The notes under the pieces were generated by a model. It worked only from the letters and a program-made list of their open reading frames with translations, did not search any database and had not been told where the DNA came from. A stretch of 64,000 nucleotides of DNA from Rhodopila sp. Its GTDB lineage: Bacteria; Pseudomonadota; Alphaproteobacteria; Acetobacterales; Acetobacteraceae. Below are positions 21,220 through 30,903 of this stretch, in pieces. Both the position numbers and the translations under genes were made by a program. The stretch covers positions 481,306-545,305 of the forward strand of contig NZ_CBDIBS010000004.1 in assembly GCF_965276935.1 (NCBI RefSeq), read 5' to 3'. Numbering within the stretch: the stretch's first letter is position 1; each line of letters starts with the position of its first letter.

Positions 21220-22542
21220 ATGGGTATCCAAAACTTTCCGATCTCGCTTCAGCCAATCATTCAGCAGGGCTTTCTTGAGAGAGAATTTCAGCAGGCACTT
21301 ATCTCGAAGCTGGGCTATAGGGCATGCGCGGATCGGGTGGACATTGCCGCAGGTATCGGCGAGACATTGATTAAAACACGTGCCGGTCTAAAGCCATCCG
21401 TCACAACGCCTATGGTCCCGTCCGCCAACACTAATCTTGAGAATGGTCTGACTCCAACAACCTGGGGCGTCGAACAGTATACGATCCAAATGAACCTTTA
21501 TGCTGCCACGACGGACCTAAACATGGTTACGGATCGTGTCGGTATTGCGTCTCAGTTTCTTCAAAACGCTTATGTCAATGGGGAACAGGCAGCACGTAGC
21601 CTCGACGAACTCGGGCGAAACGCGCTGTTTGGGGCATATTTAGGTGGCAATACGCGGGTGAAGGCGACTCTGACAAGCGCCAATCCCACGATCGCGGTCG
21701 ACGACATCCGCGGCTTTCAATTCGTGTTCTCGAACGGTGTGCAGTATCCGGTCAGTTCGACATACTCGATGAACGTATTTGTCAACGGTAATCCCTATCT
21801 CCTGGTCGGGGTCAATCAAGACCCAGTATCTTTATCGACCGCGCCAAACGGCCTATCAGGCACACTAACGACGTCAGCACCCGTCGCAGTCGCAGACGGA
21901 ACTGCCGCCAACACCGTCTTGGCTTCAACCGGGTCAACGATCGTGCGGCCTTCTCAGCGCACCAACACGTCGCAGATCTTGGCTTCCGACACTCTAACGA
22001 TGTCTTGCCTTCTGGACGCGGTCGCCAAGTTGCGTCTGAACGCGGTTCCCGAAATTGATGGTGCTTATAATTGTTATCTTGATCCGGTTTCGTCGCGTCA
22101 ACTTTTCGCCGATCCCGACTTCAAGCAGCTTTTTCAGGGAGCCACGTCCGCTAACCAGGTTTTCAAAAATGGCATGACCAACGACTTCCTCGGACTTCGG
22201 TTTGTGCCCACGACTGAGGCTTTTGTCCAGACGCACCCGACGCTATCCGGGCTGATGATTCGCCGACCTGTGATCTGTGGTCGCGGAGCGCTGATTGAAG
22301 GTGACTTCGCTGGAATGGCGGCGCAGGACATGGCGCCGGAAGACTCTATTGTGTCTATGGTGGATGGTATCGCGATGGTGACTCGTGAAGCTATCGACCG
22401 GCTGCAACAGATCATCGCGCAGTCTTGGTATTGGATCGGCGGCTTTTGTGCTCCTTCCGACACCACAACTAATCCCACCACCGTACCGACGGCGACCAAC
22501 GCTGCTTATAAGCGTGCGGTGGTTGTTGAACATGTCGGCTAG
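21220..22542 (+). CDS. Major capsid protein (probable HK97 fold)
   Basis: 440 aa after the scaffold, with a good RBS. LLDAVAKLRLNAVPEIDGAYNCYLDP..QL..DPDF resembles N4-gp56-like capsid proteins. Confidence 0.75.
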   Translation: MGIQNFPISLQPIIQQGFLEREFQQALISKLGYRACADRVDIAAGIGETLIKTRAGLKPSVTTPMVPSANTNLENGLTPTTWGVEQYTIQMNLYAATTDLNMVTDRVGIASQFLQNAYVNGEQAARSLDELGRNALFGAYLGGNTRVKATLTSANPTIAVDDIRGFQFVFSNGVQYPVSSTYSMNVFVNGNPYLLVGVNQDPVSLSTAPNGLSGTLTTSAPVAVADGTAANTVLASTGSTIVRPSQRTNTSQILASDTLTMSCLLDAVAKLRLNAVPEIDGAYNCYLDPVSSRQLFADPDFKQLFQGATSANQVFKNGMTNDFLGLRFVPTTEAFVQTHPTLSGLMIRRPVICGRGALIEGDFAGMAAQDMAPEDSIVSMVDGIAMVTREAIDRLQQIIAQSWYWIGGFCAPSDTTTNPTTVPTATNAAYKRAVVVEHVG

Positions 22543-22565
22543 CAGAAGTCAAAGGACAGACCCGC

Positions 22566-22880
22566 ATGCCTATCGGTTCGGTTAGTCCATTTCGTCCCAC
22601 CGGCACCGCCAGCCTTTCTCTCTCGACCGCGAATGCCTCAGCCAACGTGCCGTTGGCGGGCGGCGGGGATACGGTTGTCGTCACGAACCCTTCCAATGTC
22701 CTTGCCTATGTCAGGTTTGGCGCTGATCAAACAGTCGCGGCCTCAACCTCTGACATGCCGATATTACCAGGTAGCCGGCTTATCTTGTCCGTCAACAGCC
22801 TGATTACGTATACGGCAGCGATCATGCCGTTGGGAACCGGGATCATCTTGTTTAGCCGCGGCGACGGGTCAGTCGTTTGA
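22566..22880 (+). CDS. Small beta-rich virion protein (capsid decoration candidate)
   Basis: 104 aa, beta-strand rich, immediately after the capsid gene. Function inferred from position. Confidence 0.4.
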   Translation: MPIGSVSPFRPTGTASLSLSTANASANVPLAGGGDTVVVTNPSNVLAYVRFGADQTVAASTSDMPILPGSRLILSVNSLITYTAAIMPLGTGIILFSRGDGSVV

Positions 22881-23257
22881 ACCCACTCTGTGATCATGAA
22901 AAGGTCGACATCCGCCGCTTCTGCGGTTATCCGGCCTATGGCGCAACACCAAGTGGAATGACGTCCTGGCGCTTTTTCACAGTATACGGATTACTCGAAT
23001 TCAGGATGACTAATCTCGCGCCGACAGAGATCAGCGTGGTCCGCCGCTACCTTGGGACGCTTAGCGCTCTAGAAATTGCTGTTCCTGCATCGGGCGATAA
23101 CCTTGACACGGATGAGGCGTCTGTATGGACGAGGAACCGAAGCGAACCGGATGACAGGTTGCGCTTGCTCGACGAGTGGAGGCGACGGCTATGCGGGTTC
23201 ATTGGCGTCCCGTCGGGCCCGTCACTATCCAGCGGCATCGGCAGGCTGATTGTTTGA
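22877..23257 (+). CDS. Head-tail adaptor/connector candidate
   Basis: 126 aa helical protein starting EKVDIRRFCGYP, in the neck position. Confidence 0.5.
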   Translation: MNPLCDHEKVDIRRFCGYPAYGATPSGMTSWRFFTVYGLLEFRMTNLAPTEISVVRRYLGTLSALEIAVPASGDNLDTDEASVWTRNRSEPDDRLRLLDEWRRRLCGFIGVPSGPSLSSGIGRLIV

Positions 23258-23260
23258 ACG

Positions 23261-23905
23261 ATGGACAGCCTGAAATTACAGGACCGCCACTACCGCGCCC
23301 TTGGCGCAGCAGCTCGGCGCGTTGGGGAGACAACGGATGCTTTTCGGCCGATCGACGCTGTTGACCCGCTGAACAAGAATAACCGGTTTCTTCGTCTGCA
23401 CGCATCGTTCTTTCCGGTGGAGGGCGGATCCAATCATCCGAGTGGCTACGGCATGGTACAATGGCAGGGTATCTTCGACGCCTCTTATACAAGACCTGGC
23501 GATTATCTCGTCCAGAAGCTGCGGACTTTCTTCATTGCCGCGCAGCAGCCGCTGTTGCCTGTTCTCTGCGTTGAGACAAACCGCATTATCTCAGTAACGC
23601 GGCCACACGTTCAAACGACGACAGCCAGCAATCCATATGGAGGTTACACAGACACCGGAACATCGGTTTTAATGGAAGGATGGCCGGCAAGTGTTCTCGG
23701 ACTTACTGGCCGGGGCGAGCCGGCCGCTGGATTACCAACCGACCAAACCATCCCATACCTGGTAATTCTAGTGCCGGCGCTACATCGGATCTTCCTATCA
23801 CCGGGCGATCTCGTGAGCGATGATATAGGGCGCAGCGCAGTCATCACCGGCTCTGAATTGACTGCTTTGGGATGGCGGTTGAGTGCAAAAATGGCAACCA
23901 CTTGA
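23261..23905 (+). CDS. Head closure/neck protein candidate
   Basis: 214 aa with FDASYTRPGDYLV and GW..SA at the C-terminus. Neck position, with overlapping stop/start. Confidence 0.45.
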   Translation: MDSLKLQDRHYRALGAAARRVGETTDAFRPIDAVDPLNKNNRFLRLHASFFPVEGGSNHPSGYGMVQWQGIFDASYTRPGDYLVQKLRTFFIAAQQPLLPVLCVETNRIISVTRPHVQTTTASNPYGGYTDTGTSVLMEGWPASVLGLTGRGEPAAGLPTDQTIPYLVILVPALHRIFLSPGDLVSDDIGRSAVITGSELTALGWRLSAKMATT

Positions 23906-24714
23906 TGGCAGACATATCTGACGTCGAACAAGCCCTGACGAACAGCGTAACGGCTATGCTTTATCCCGAGGGATCGTCACAAGCTAGCATCGCTGGCATA
24001 ACGTGTCGCATTTATAGGGGATGGCCTAATACAGCCACATTAAGTTCGGATTTAAGCGCTGGCATTGTCAACGTTACCATCACTTCGAACAATGACTCGG
24101 GCAAGACGACAACTCGATATCTGGTGGAATGGCAATATGACGACATCGTACCAGATTTGACGGCAAGTGTGACAGGCCAAACTATTTTTATCGCCGGCAC
24201 TGCCGCTGTTGGCAATGTTGTCGGAGCTTTAATAGATGGCCGAGCGTTTGCATACCGCATATCTTTGGGTGATACACCAGACCTGATCGCGGCCAATCTA
24301 TGCGCTGCCGTGCAGCCCACGTTCATCGCCGAACTGAGCGGGCCACGAATAAATATGCCTGGCGCCACATCAGTCGTAGCACGCGTCGTCAACGATAATC
24401 TTGCATGCTACGAGGGGCGGCGCCAGGAGAAGGACGTCCGTGTTGTACTATGGTGTCCGAACCCGACCGTGCGAGACTCTCTTGCGGCCGCGATAGATCT
24501 GTCCGTGGCTCAGTCGCCCTTTCTATTGTTGTCTGATAGGACGAATGCGCGCATGACCTACCGGAGTAGCGCAACCTTCGACCAATCTCAGAACGCGCTT
24601 CTTTACAGGCGAGATCTAGTATACACCGTCGAGTATGCAACTGTCATATCCGCGAGCTTACCCTCGATGCTGTTCGGTGCTTCCGTAATTAACGGCCAAA
24701 TCACCTATGGTTAG
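23905..24714 (+). CDS. Tail terminator/neck protein candidate
   Basis: MADISDVEQAL start, RIYRGWP and YRRDLVYTVEY. Lies upstream of the sheath gene. Confidence 0.5.
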   Translation: MADISDVEQALTNSVTAMLYPEGSSQASIAGITCRIYRGWPNTATLSSDLSAGIVNVTITSNNDSGKTTTRYLVEWQYDDIVPDLTASVTGQTIFIAGTAAVGNVVGALIDGRAFAYRISLGDTPDLIAANLCAAVQPTFIAELSGPRINMPGATSVVARVVNDNLACYEGRRQEKDVRVVLWCPNPTVRDSLAAAIDLSVAQSPFLLLSDRTNARMTYRSSATFDQSQNALLYRRDLVYTVEYATVISASLPSMLFGASVINGQITYG

Positions 24715-24724
24715 GTAAATCACT

Positions 24725-24874
24725 ATGATACATAAGCTAATCGTGACAAAGACCTTCGAAGACTTTGTGCGCGGCGATATCATTACAGATCCCGCTGAAA
24801 TCCTTCGAATCATAGAAAGCGACCATATTCAGTTCGTGAGGCCAGTCGTTATGCCGGCTTTGGCAAAGGATTGA
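24725..24874 (+). CDS. 49-aa hypothetical protein, not in the ORF track
   Basis: MIHKLIVTKTFEDFVRGDIITDPAEILRIIESDHIQFVRPVVMPALAKD fills the gap between the neck and sheath genes exactly. Confidence 0.6.
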   Translation: MIHKLIVTKTFEDFVRGDIITDPAEILRIIESDHIQFVRPVVMPALAKD

Positions 24875-24877
24875 TTT

Positions 24878-26440
24878 ATGCCCATTACTCAGCAAGGCAG
24901 CGTTAATACAACGTCACTGATTGTCCCGGATCTATACGTTCAAATCGTATCTCCCCAAAATCTTGTCCTGAACGGCGTACCGACGAACGTTCTGGGAATT
25001 GTGGGAACTGCCGCTTGGGGTCCGACAAATGAGCCAATTACCGTGGCGACAATGTCTGATTACGCCCAGAAGTTCGGGCCAATCAGTGCTCGCAAACATG
25101 ACATGGGTACTCAGGTTGCCGTTGCAGTTCAGCAAGGCGCTCAAAACTTTCGCTGTGTGAGAGTTACGGACGGAACTGACTCGGCAGCAAGTATGTCTGT
25201 CCCAGGCACCAATGCCGGCTTCACCGCACTATATACCGGTTCCCTAGGTAACAACATAAGTGTTGCCCTTAGCACAGGAAGTAAGACAAGCACTTGGCTG
25301 CTGTCAGTAACTGTTCCGGGCCTGCCGGCAGAACTATACGACGGTTTAACGGGTGATGGTGCAGCCTTCTGGATTGGACTAGCTGCAGCAGTGAATTCGG
25401 GTACAGGGTCACAACGTGGTCCGTCACAACTGATTATTGCTAGCTCTGGAGGGACTACCGCGTCACCCGCGCCATTTGCACTTAGTTTGGGTGCGGGATC
25501 ACCAGGATCTGACGGGGCCGCGATCACAACCAGTGCGCAAGAGGTCGGGGTCGACGGAACTTCCCGTACTGGCATGTATGCTTTAAGAGGCCAGGGCTGC
25601 GGCCTTGCTTTGCTCGCAGATTGCGACGACGCGGCGACGTGGACAACGCAGGCTGCCTTCGGTCTTCAGGAAGGCATCTATATGATCCTGACCACGCCTG
25701 CAGGTGATACGATAGCAAATGCTGTCGCCGCCATGAACCAAGCCGGTCTGAGCAGCTACTCCGCCAAATTAATGTTTGGAGACTGGCTTTGGTGGTCAGA
25801 TCAGGTGAACGCCACAACTCGGCTGGTATCACCGCAGGGCTTCGCTGCCGGTCGATTGGCAAACCTTTCACCCGAGCAGTCAAGCCTGAATAAGCCAATT
25901 TATGGCATTATTGGTAGCCAACGCTCGGGTGCTCCCGGCTCAGGCTGGAACACAGCCTATGCATCCGCTGACCTTAGTGTCCTGCTCGGGACTGGCATAG
26001 ACGTGATCTGTAGTCCCCAGCCGGGTGGATCGTTCTGGGGGGTACGCGGTGGCATTAATACGTCGTCCAACGCGGCTATCAATGGCGACAACTACACACG
26101 CCTAACGAACTATATAGCGGCAACGCTCGCATCCGGGATGGGACATTACGTTGGTCAGGTCATCAACCAAAGCTTGTTTCAGCAGGTTCGATCAACGCAG
26201 CTTTCATTTCTAAATAATATGCTAAGTCAGGGACTACTTGGGAGTACAAACGGCTCACTGCCGTTTAGCGTGATCTGCGACACATCGAACAATCCTGCCT
26301 CTCGAACTAGTCTTGGCTATGTTCAATCTGATGCGCAGGTGCAATATCAATCCATCAACGAGCGATTTATAGTCAATGTTGAAGGCGGCCAAACTGTCCA
26401 GGTATCTGTCCAGACTCTACCTGCCGGGCAGATTAACTAG
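24878..26440 (+). CDS. Contractile tail sheath protein
   Basis: PDLYVQIVSP, LGIVGTAAWGPTNEP, RCVRV, PQGFAAGRLA and NYTRLTNYIA. 520 aa, followed by a tube-sized gene. Confidence 0.85.
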   Translation: MPITQQGSVNTTSLIVPDLYVQIVSPQNLVLNGVPTNVLGIVGTAAWGPTNEPITVATMSDYAQKFGPISARKHDMGTQVAVAVQQGAQNFRCVRVTDGTDSAASMSVPGTNAGFTALYTGSLGNNISVALSTGSKTSTWLLSVTVPGLPAELYDGLTGDGAAFWIGLAAAVNSGTGSQRGPSQLIIASSGGTTASPAPFALSLGAGSPGSDGAAITTSAQEVGVDGTSRTGMYALRGQGCGLALLADCDDAATWTTQAAFGLQEGIYMILTTPAGDTIANAVAAMNQAGLSSYSAKLMFGDWLWWSDQVNATTRLVSPQGFAAGRLANLSPEQSSLNKPIYGIIGSQRSGAPGSGWNTAYASADLSVLLGTGIDVICSPQPGGSFWGVRGGINTSSNAAINGDNYTRLTNYIAATLASGMGHYVGQVINQSLFQQVRSTQLSFLNNMLSQGLLGSTNGSLPFSVICDTSNNPASRTSLGYVQSDAQVQYQSINERFIVNVEGGQTVQVSVQTLPAGQIN

Positions 26441-26448
26441 GAGAACGT

Positions 26449-26880
26449 ATGATGGCACTGACCACCTTTTCAATTGGACGCGACACCCAATTGGTTATCA
26501 TGGGACCGACGGGACGCATTGACATCAGCCACGTTACAGAGTTTGAAAGCCGTCAACTCACAGCAGCGGTTCGTGTAGCCCGGATTGATGGAACACAGCT
26601 CGCAGCGGAACTTCCAAAGGGTTGGGAGGGCACCTTTGAAGTGGAGCGAGGCACGTCAACGCTTGACGATTTTATAGCAACGCTGGAGCAGAATTACTAT
26701 AACGGCACTACCTCACAGTCCGGTACTATGTACCAGTATATTACCGAAAGTGATGGGTCGGTATCGACGTATCAGTTCATTGGCGTTGTCTTCAAGCTAG
26801 CCAGCGCGGGTGTTTGGAAGGGTGATGCAAGCGTCAAGCAGAAGCTTGATTTCTACGCAACTCAGAAGCAGAGGATTTGA
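26449..26880 (+). CDS. Tail tube protein
   Basis: 143 aa beta-rich protein (GWEGTFEVERG) directly after the sheath. Confidence 0.7.
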   Translation: MMALTTFSIGRDTQLVIMGPTGRIDISHVTEFESRQLTAAVRVARIDGTQLAAELPKGWEGTFEVERGTSTLDDFIATLEQNYYNGTTSQSGTMYQYITESDGSVSTYQFIGVVFKLASAGVWKGDASVKQKLDFYATQKQRI

Positions 26881-27239
26881 TGGAACCCACCAAGACAGTG
26901 CTAGCCGCCGCCGGTGCTCCGATTTCGACAACGGATAAGCAGGGTCGACACTTTCTGATCCGCCGGCCAACCGCGCTAGACACATTACGTCTCTTCAAGG
27001 TCGCGGGTCCTACGTTAGCCCAGAATGAGCCGTGGTTGGCGATGGCTAGTTTAGCATTTGCTGTCCAAGAGATTGATGGCATTCCAATTCCATCTCCTGT
27101 GTCTGAGAACCAGATTGAGCTTCTTGTCGATCGCCTGGGTGAGAATGCTCTAACAGTCATTGCTGAAGCGATTAACATCGCGGACGACGAGACTGATATG
27201 AAAGCTCAAGTGGGAAACTTGCCCGGCACCCCGTCCTGA
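26877..27239 (+). CDS. Tail assembly chaperone (gpG-like, short form)
   Basis: 120 aa after the tube gene, ending just past the slippery site G GGA AAC. Confidence 0.8.
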   Translation: MMEPTKTVLAAAGAPISTTDKQGRHFLIRRPTALDTLRLFKVAGPTLAQNEPWLAMASLAFAVQEIDGIPIPSPVSENQIELLVDRLGENALTVIAEAINIADDETDMKAQVGNLPGTPS

Positions 27240-27382
27240 TTGATTGCCTATACCTTGTGCGGCACGGGGTGCCATTTGATGTTGCCTTTTCTCTCTCAAG
27301 CGTAGAGAGAATGGCCTACGTAATTTCGCTCGGGACTCTACAAGGACATACCTTTGACTGGTCGACGTTCAACTGGGAGTAG
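27212..27382 (+). CDS. -1 frameshift extension of the tail chaperone (gpGT-like)
   Basis: GGGAAAC at 27212-27218. The -1 frame reads LARHPVLIDCLYLVRHGVPFDVAFSLSSVERMAYVISLGTLQGHTFDWSTFNWE to TAG 27380-27382. A perfect 10-bp stem 27225-27234/27264-27273 follows a 6-nt spacer. Confidence 0.8.
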   Translation, partial: GKLARHPVLIDCLYLVRHGVPFDVAFSLSSVERMAYVISLGTLQGHTFDWSTFNWE

Positions 27383-27426
27383 ACGCTCCAGCTGGTCTTT
27401 TCGAACATGGTCGCATAGCTGCCTTA

Positions 27427-29213
27427 GTGGCCGTTTACAAGCTCAGGCTAAACGAGCCAGTAGCCCGAAAGCCTGTTTGAATCGGTTTAACTTGCGGCGT
27501 CATGGATTGGCATTGGGTTGATCACAGCCTCGACGCCGGAGAGGATAACGGCGAACGTAAGGCGCGCGGCGGAAACGTCCAGGCGTCCGGCCCGGTCGCG
27601 CAGCAGCCCACCCCAGTGCACCAGCCAGCCGAAACTGCGCTCAATGACCCAGCGGCGCTTGAGCACGACGAAGCCCTGTTGGCCAGGATCGCGCGCGACC
27701 ACATGGTGGCGCATGCCATGCAGGTTGCACCATGCCCGGCAGCGTCCGGCGATAAAGGCGCCGTCAAGGATCACCGCGCGCAGGCTGGGCCGCTCTGCCG
27801 TGCCCGTAACGAGCGCCGGCAGCGTGTCGCGCGCCTGCGTCGAGGCTGGCACAACTGCGCTGGCGAGCCAGGTGCCGTCGGCATCGACCAGGGCCACGCG
27901 CTTGCGCCGCAGCACCTTCTTGCCGGCATCATAGCCGCGCGGGCCACGGGGACCGGGATGCACTTGACCGACTGGGTGTCGACGATGCCCAGGCGGAGCT
28001 CGGGCCGGCGACCCGCCGCACGGCGGCGCAGCCGGGCCACGTCGCACACCAGACGATCGAACAGGCCCAGCGCCAGCCAGCGGCGAAACCAGCTATACAC
28101 CGTCCACCAGGGCGGAAAGCCTCGCGGCAGCGCGCGCCAACTGCCGCCCACGCGCAAGTGCCAGGTAATCGCGTCAACCACCAGCGAAGCCGGCGTCGCG
28201 CGTTCACTGCGCGGCGGGTCGACCCGCTTCAGCCACCGCGCCACCTCTACGACCGTGCCGGCTGATACCCTTCGTTTCAGACCCGCCTCATGGCGTGCCC
28301 GATGCGCCTTGGTCCACGTCTTTGCTCCAACCCGCCTCCTGTCAGGCGGAGGCTCCCATCTTCAAGCCGTAGGGATGGGATCAAGGCGCATACAAATCAC
28401 TCAAGCAGGCTCTTAGTTTGCAACATGACACAGGCTTCATAAAAGAAGGCGGTGGCGGAGGTTACTATCCTTGAAGTGCTTGGCGAGGTGTTGGTTGCGG
28501 CTGATTCAGGCGAAGAAATATTTCACACTCAGCAGCGAGGCAGCACCTGGAAGCCTACCTGATCAGGCAACTTGCGCACGATCTCCATCACGATACCGAT
28601 AGCGGCCGCAACCTCCTGGCCGGCAAAAACACTGTCGGCAAATACCATCTTAACAGAGGAGAAGCGGGCCTGACGCGCCTCCAGCAACGCAAGTGCGCCA
28701 TCGCGGCCCTGAACCGAGGCCTCGCCTTCCACACCTCAAGGCATCAGCCATTGATATCCACTATGGCATGACGTTTGCGACCCTTGATCTTCTTGGCGGC
28801 GTCGTAGCCGTCCGGACCGTCGACCTAGGTTGTCTCAGCGCTCCGCATCTCGATGACTACTGGCTTGGACTTGCCAGCCGACCAGGTTGTTCCCGATCAT
28901 ACATGACCAAGTGACGATTCAGCCTCTTCTACAGTCCGTCGTCGCGACAGCGCTCGAACCGGCGGTATATCGTCTGGTGTTGCGGCAGCGTGCGCTATGG
29001 GATGCCGCTGTGCAGAACATAGAAGATCGCGTTGAACAATTCGCCCATTGCCTATGATCGATACCGGCCGGTTTTAGCGGGTGGCGGGAGGAGGGCGGAC
29101 AAAGCGCCTGCCGCACCACCTCGGCTTCAGGACTGGAAGGGTGTCTCGGCCTCTGAATTCGCGGTCCGATTCGAACTTCAACTACCCTTTCAGGGGGGTT
29201 CCGAGACAGACAC
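27427..29213 (-). mobile_element. Heavily decayed IS5-family element (outer, older); ends approximate
   Basis: Minus-strand fragments PPPAKTGR, ELFNAIFYVLHSG, GYDAAKKIKGRKRHAIVD, QGRDGA..VFADS and GFQVLPR, broken by several stops and frameshifts (about 28413-29150). Confidence 0.7.
27469..28412 (-). mobile_element. IS5-family element (inner, GC-rich) with frameshifted transposase
   Basis: Imperfect inverted ends AAGCCTGTTTGA (27469) and TCAAGCAGGCTC (28401-28412). The transposase is split over two frames: WRALPRGFPPW, IVDTQSVK, then GYDAGKK, ILDGAF, RRWVIERSFGWL. Shift near 27950. Confidence 0.85.
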
Positions 29214-29219
29214 TGAAGC

Positions 29220-30110
29220 ATGAACGAGGAGAAAGCCGCTTTGGAACATCCCTTAAACTCAAACCAAAGCCATATTAGGTGGGCTCTGACGCTACCAAGA
29301 GGCGGCTGGTCCTCACAACGCTCGTTTGCTCCTGTTCGCAAGTTGTCCCCAAGACTCTTTGCCACCGTCGTAGACCATTATCCGACATCCCGAAGTGCAA
29401 CCCTTTTTCATGACCACTTCTCTCGTCCAGGACGGACACGGACTGCACAATCCACGGCCTCGGCCAAGCTGAGAGACACCCGCATGGCTCACTCTGTTAG
29501 TCAAAGCGGCGATAGAGCACCATTTGTGGCATTCGCCGGCAGAACCGGCTGGATAAGTAACTGGACGTCATTGTCATCAGGGTCCAGAATAAAGCGGCAA
29601 CCGCAGCAAAGAAGTCCTTCTAAACAACCTTCCCATTTCTTTGCAGGATTACAGCAGATCCCATCTCAAAGACAATCGTCCCGGTTACAATCCCAGGTTC
29701 GGAGCCATATTGCGAAAGTCAGTAAAGCTACTCCAGTCGCGTCTGTAGCGCCAGCTTTTCGCGACGGGCCGGTCGACAAAGTAACAAAAGCAACCGCCAC
29801 TGGTAAAGATAAAGAGACCTCCGAGGCCGAAACATATCTTGCGGGACAAGACGGCCTGCACGTCCAACATCAATGGCAACAACGCGTCGTAGCAAGTCGA
29901 TTGGGGGCCACTCTCGACAGAGATCCTAAAAATGCGACAGACTGCCAGTTGGCTACAAATCCGCAGCAACCTACGCTACATCTTGACGGGGCTGCCTTAG
30001 GAAGATGGGCTGTTCAGCATTTAGAACGTGCCTTGTCTAAGCCAATAAATGGTATTACCGGCATTGATCCGCGAGCCACAGTTCCTCGAGGTTTTGTGTC
30101 GCCATTCTAA
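29220..30110 (+). CDS. Low-complexity protein in the tape-measure position, possibly 5'-truncated
   Basis: 296 aa, Ser/Gln/Arg/Pro-rich, with an ordered C-terminus LHLDGAALGRWAVQHLERAL..GITGIDPR. No clear RBS. Confidence 0.4.
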   Translation: MNEEKAALEHPLNSNQSHIRWALTLPRGGWSSQRSFAPVRKLSPRLFATVVDHYPTSRSATLFHDHFSRPGRTRTAQSTASAKLRDTRMAHSVSQSGDRAPFVAFAGRTGWISNWTSLSSGSRIKRQPQQRSPSKQPSHFFAGLQQIPSQRQSSRLQSQVRSHIAKVSKATPVASVAPAFRDGPVDKVTKATATGKDKETSEAETYLAGQDGLHVQHQWQQRVVASRLGATLDRDPKNATDCQLATNPQQPTLHLDGAALGRWAVQHLERALSKPINGITGIDPRATVPRGFVSPF

Positions 30111-30168
30111 CGCATTAAAACGAATAAACCAAAATAAGCCTTTTCTCTACTTGAGTAGGAGAGTTTCT

Positions 30169-30903
30169 ATGTCAAGTCAGTCCGTCACATTAGGACAAGT
30201 CGTTCTACAAGACTTTGAAGTCCCAAACTCTATTCAATTTGGCGGACAACAGAAGTTGGTTGTCCACCGGCTGTCCGGCGGAGCACGGGCGATCGAGTTG
30301 CTTGGGCCGGACGATAGCGAAATTCGTTTCCACGGAATATTCTCCGGTCCGAGTGCAGAGAGCCGAGCAAGATCACTTGACAGTTTAAGATTATCAGGTG
30401 CCACCGTCTCGCTAAGCTGGCAGTCGTATGAGTATCAGGTTATCGTTCGAAGCTTTTCCGCAGATTATCGAAATCGCTGGTGGATTGGTTATCAAATTGG
30501 TTGTGTGGTGGTCAATCAAGCTGGGCTCACAAGTTCCGGCACAGGTTCTCTGCAGGCGCTGATTACCGCCGATCTTTCTGTCGCGCTTAGCGCTCTTAAT
30601 GACCAACCGGTCGCGCTAAGCGATCTTTCCGCGGCGGTCGGCGCTGCTGGTGCTTTAACTGTCGGAACTACGGCTAACGCCCAAGCCTACGTCACAGCAG
30701 CAAACACGTTGAATCTGATAGACAGCCAGACCACCACGCAGAGTCAGGTGCTGACTTCTCCAAATCAATCCTATACTAGCGTCGCGGACGCCACTTCGCT
30801 GTATAATGACCAAGTCGCCAACGCAGCATCATTAGCATTCTTGGCTAATGCAAGAGCTTACGTCGGACGCATATGCACTAGCCTCGGCTCACTGGCTTCA
30901 TAG
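30169..30903 (+). CDS. Tail tube initiator-like protein (P2 gpU position)
   Basis: RBS AGGAGA before ATG 30169. Motif FEVPNSIQFGGQQKLVVHRLSGG..LGPDD..F.G.F. Confidence 0.55.
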   Translation: MSSQSVTLGQVVLQDFEVPNSIQFGGQQKLVVHRLSGGARAIELLGPDDSEIRFHGIFSGPSAESRARSLDSLRLSGATVSLSWQSYEYQVIVRSFSADYRNRWWIGYQIGCVVVNQAGLTSSGTGSLQALITADLSVALSALNDQPVALSDLSAAVGAAGALTVGTTANAQAYVTAANTLNLIDSQTTTQSQVLTSPNQSYTSVADATSLYNDQVANAASLAFLANARAYVGRICTSLGSLAS

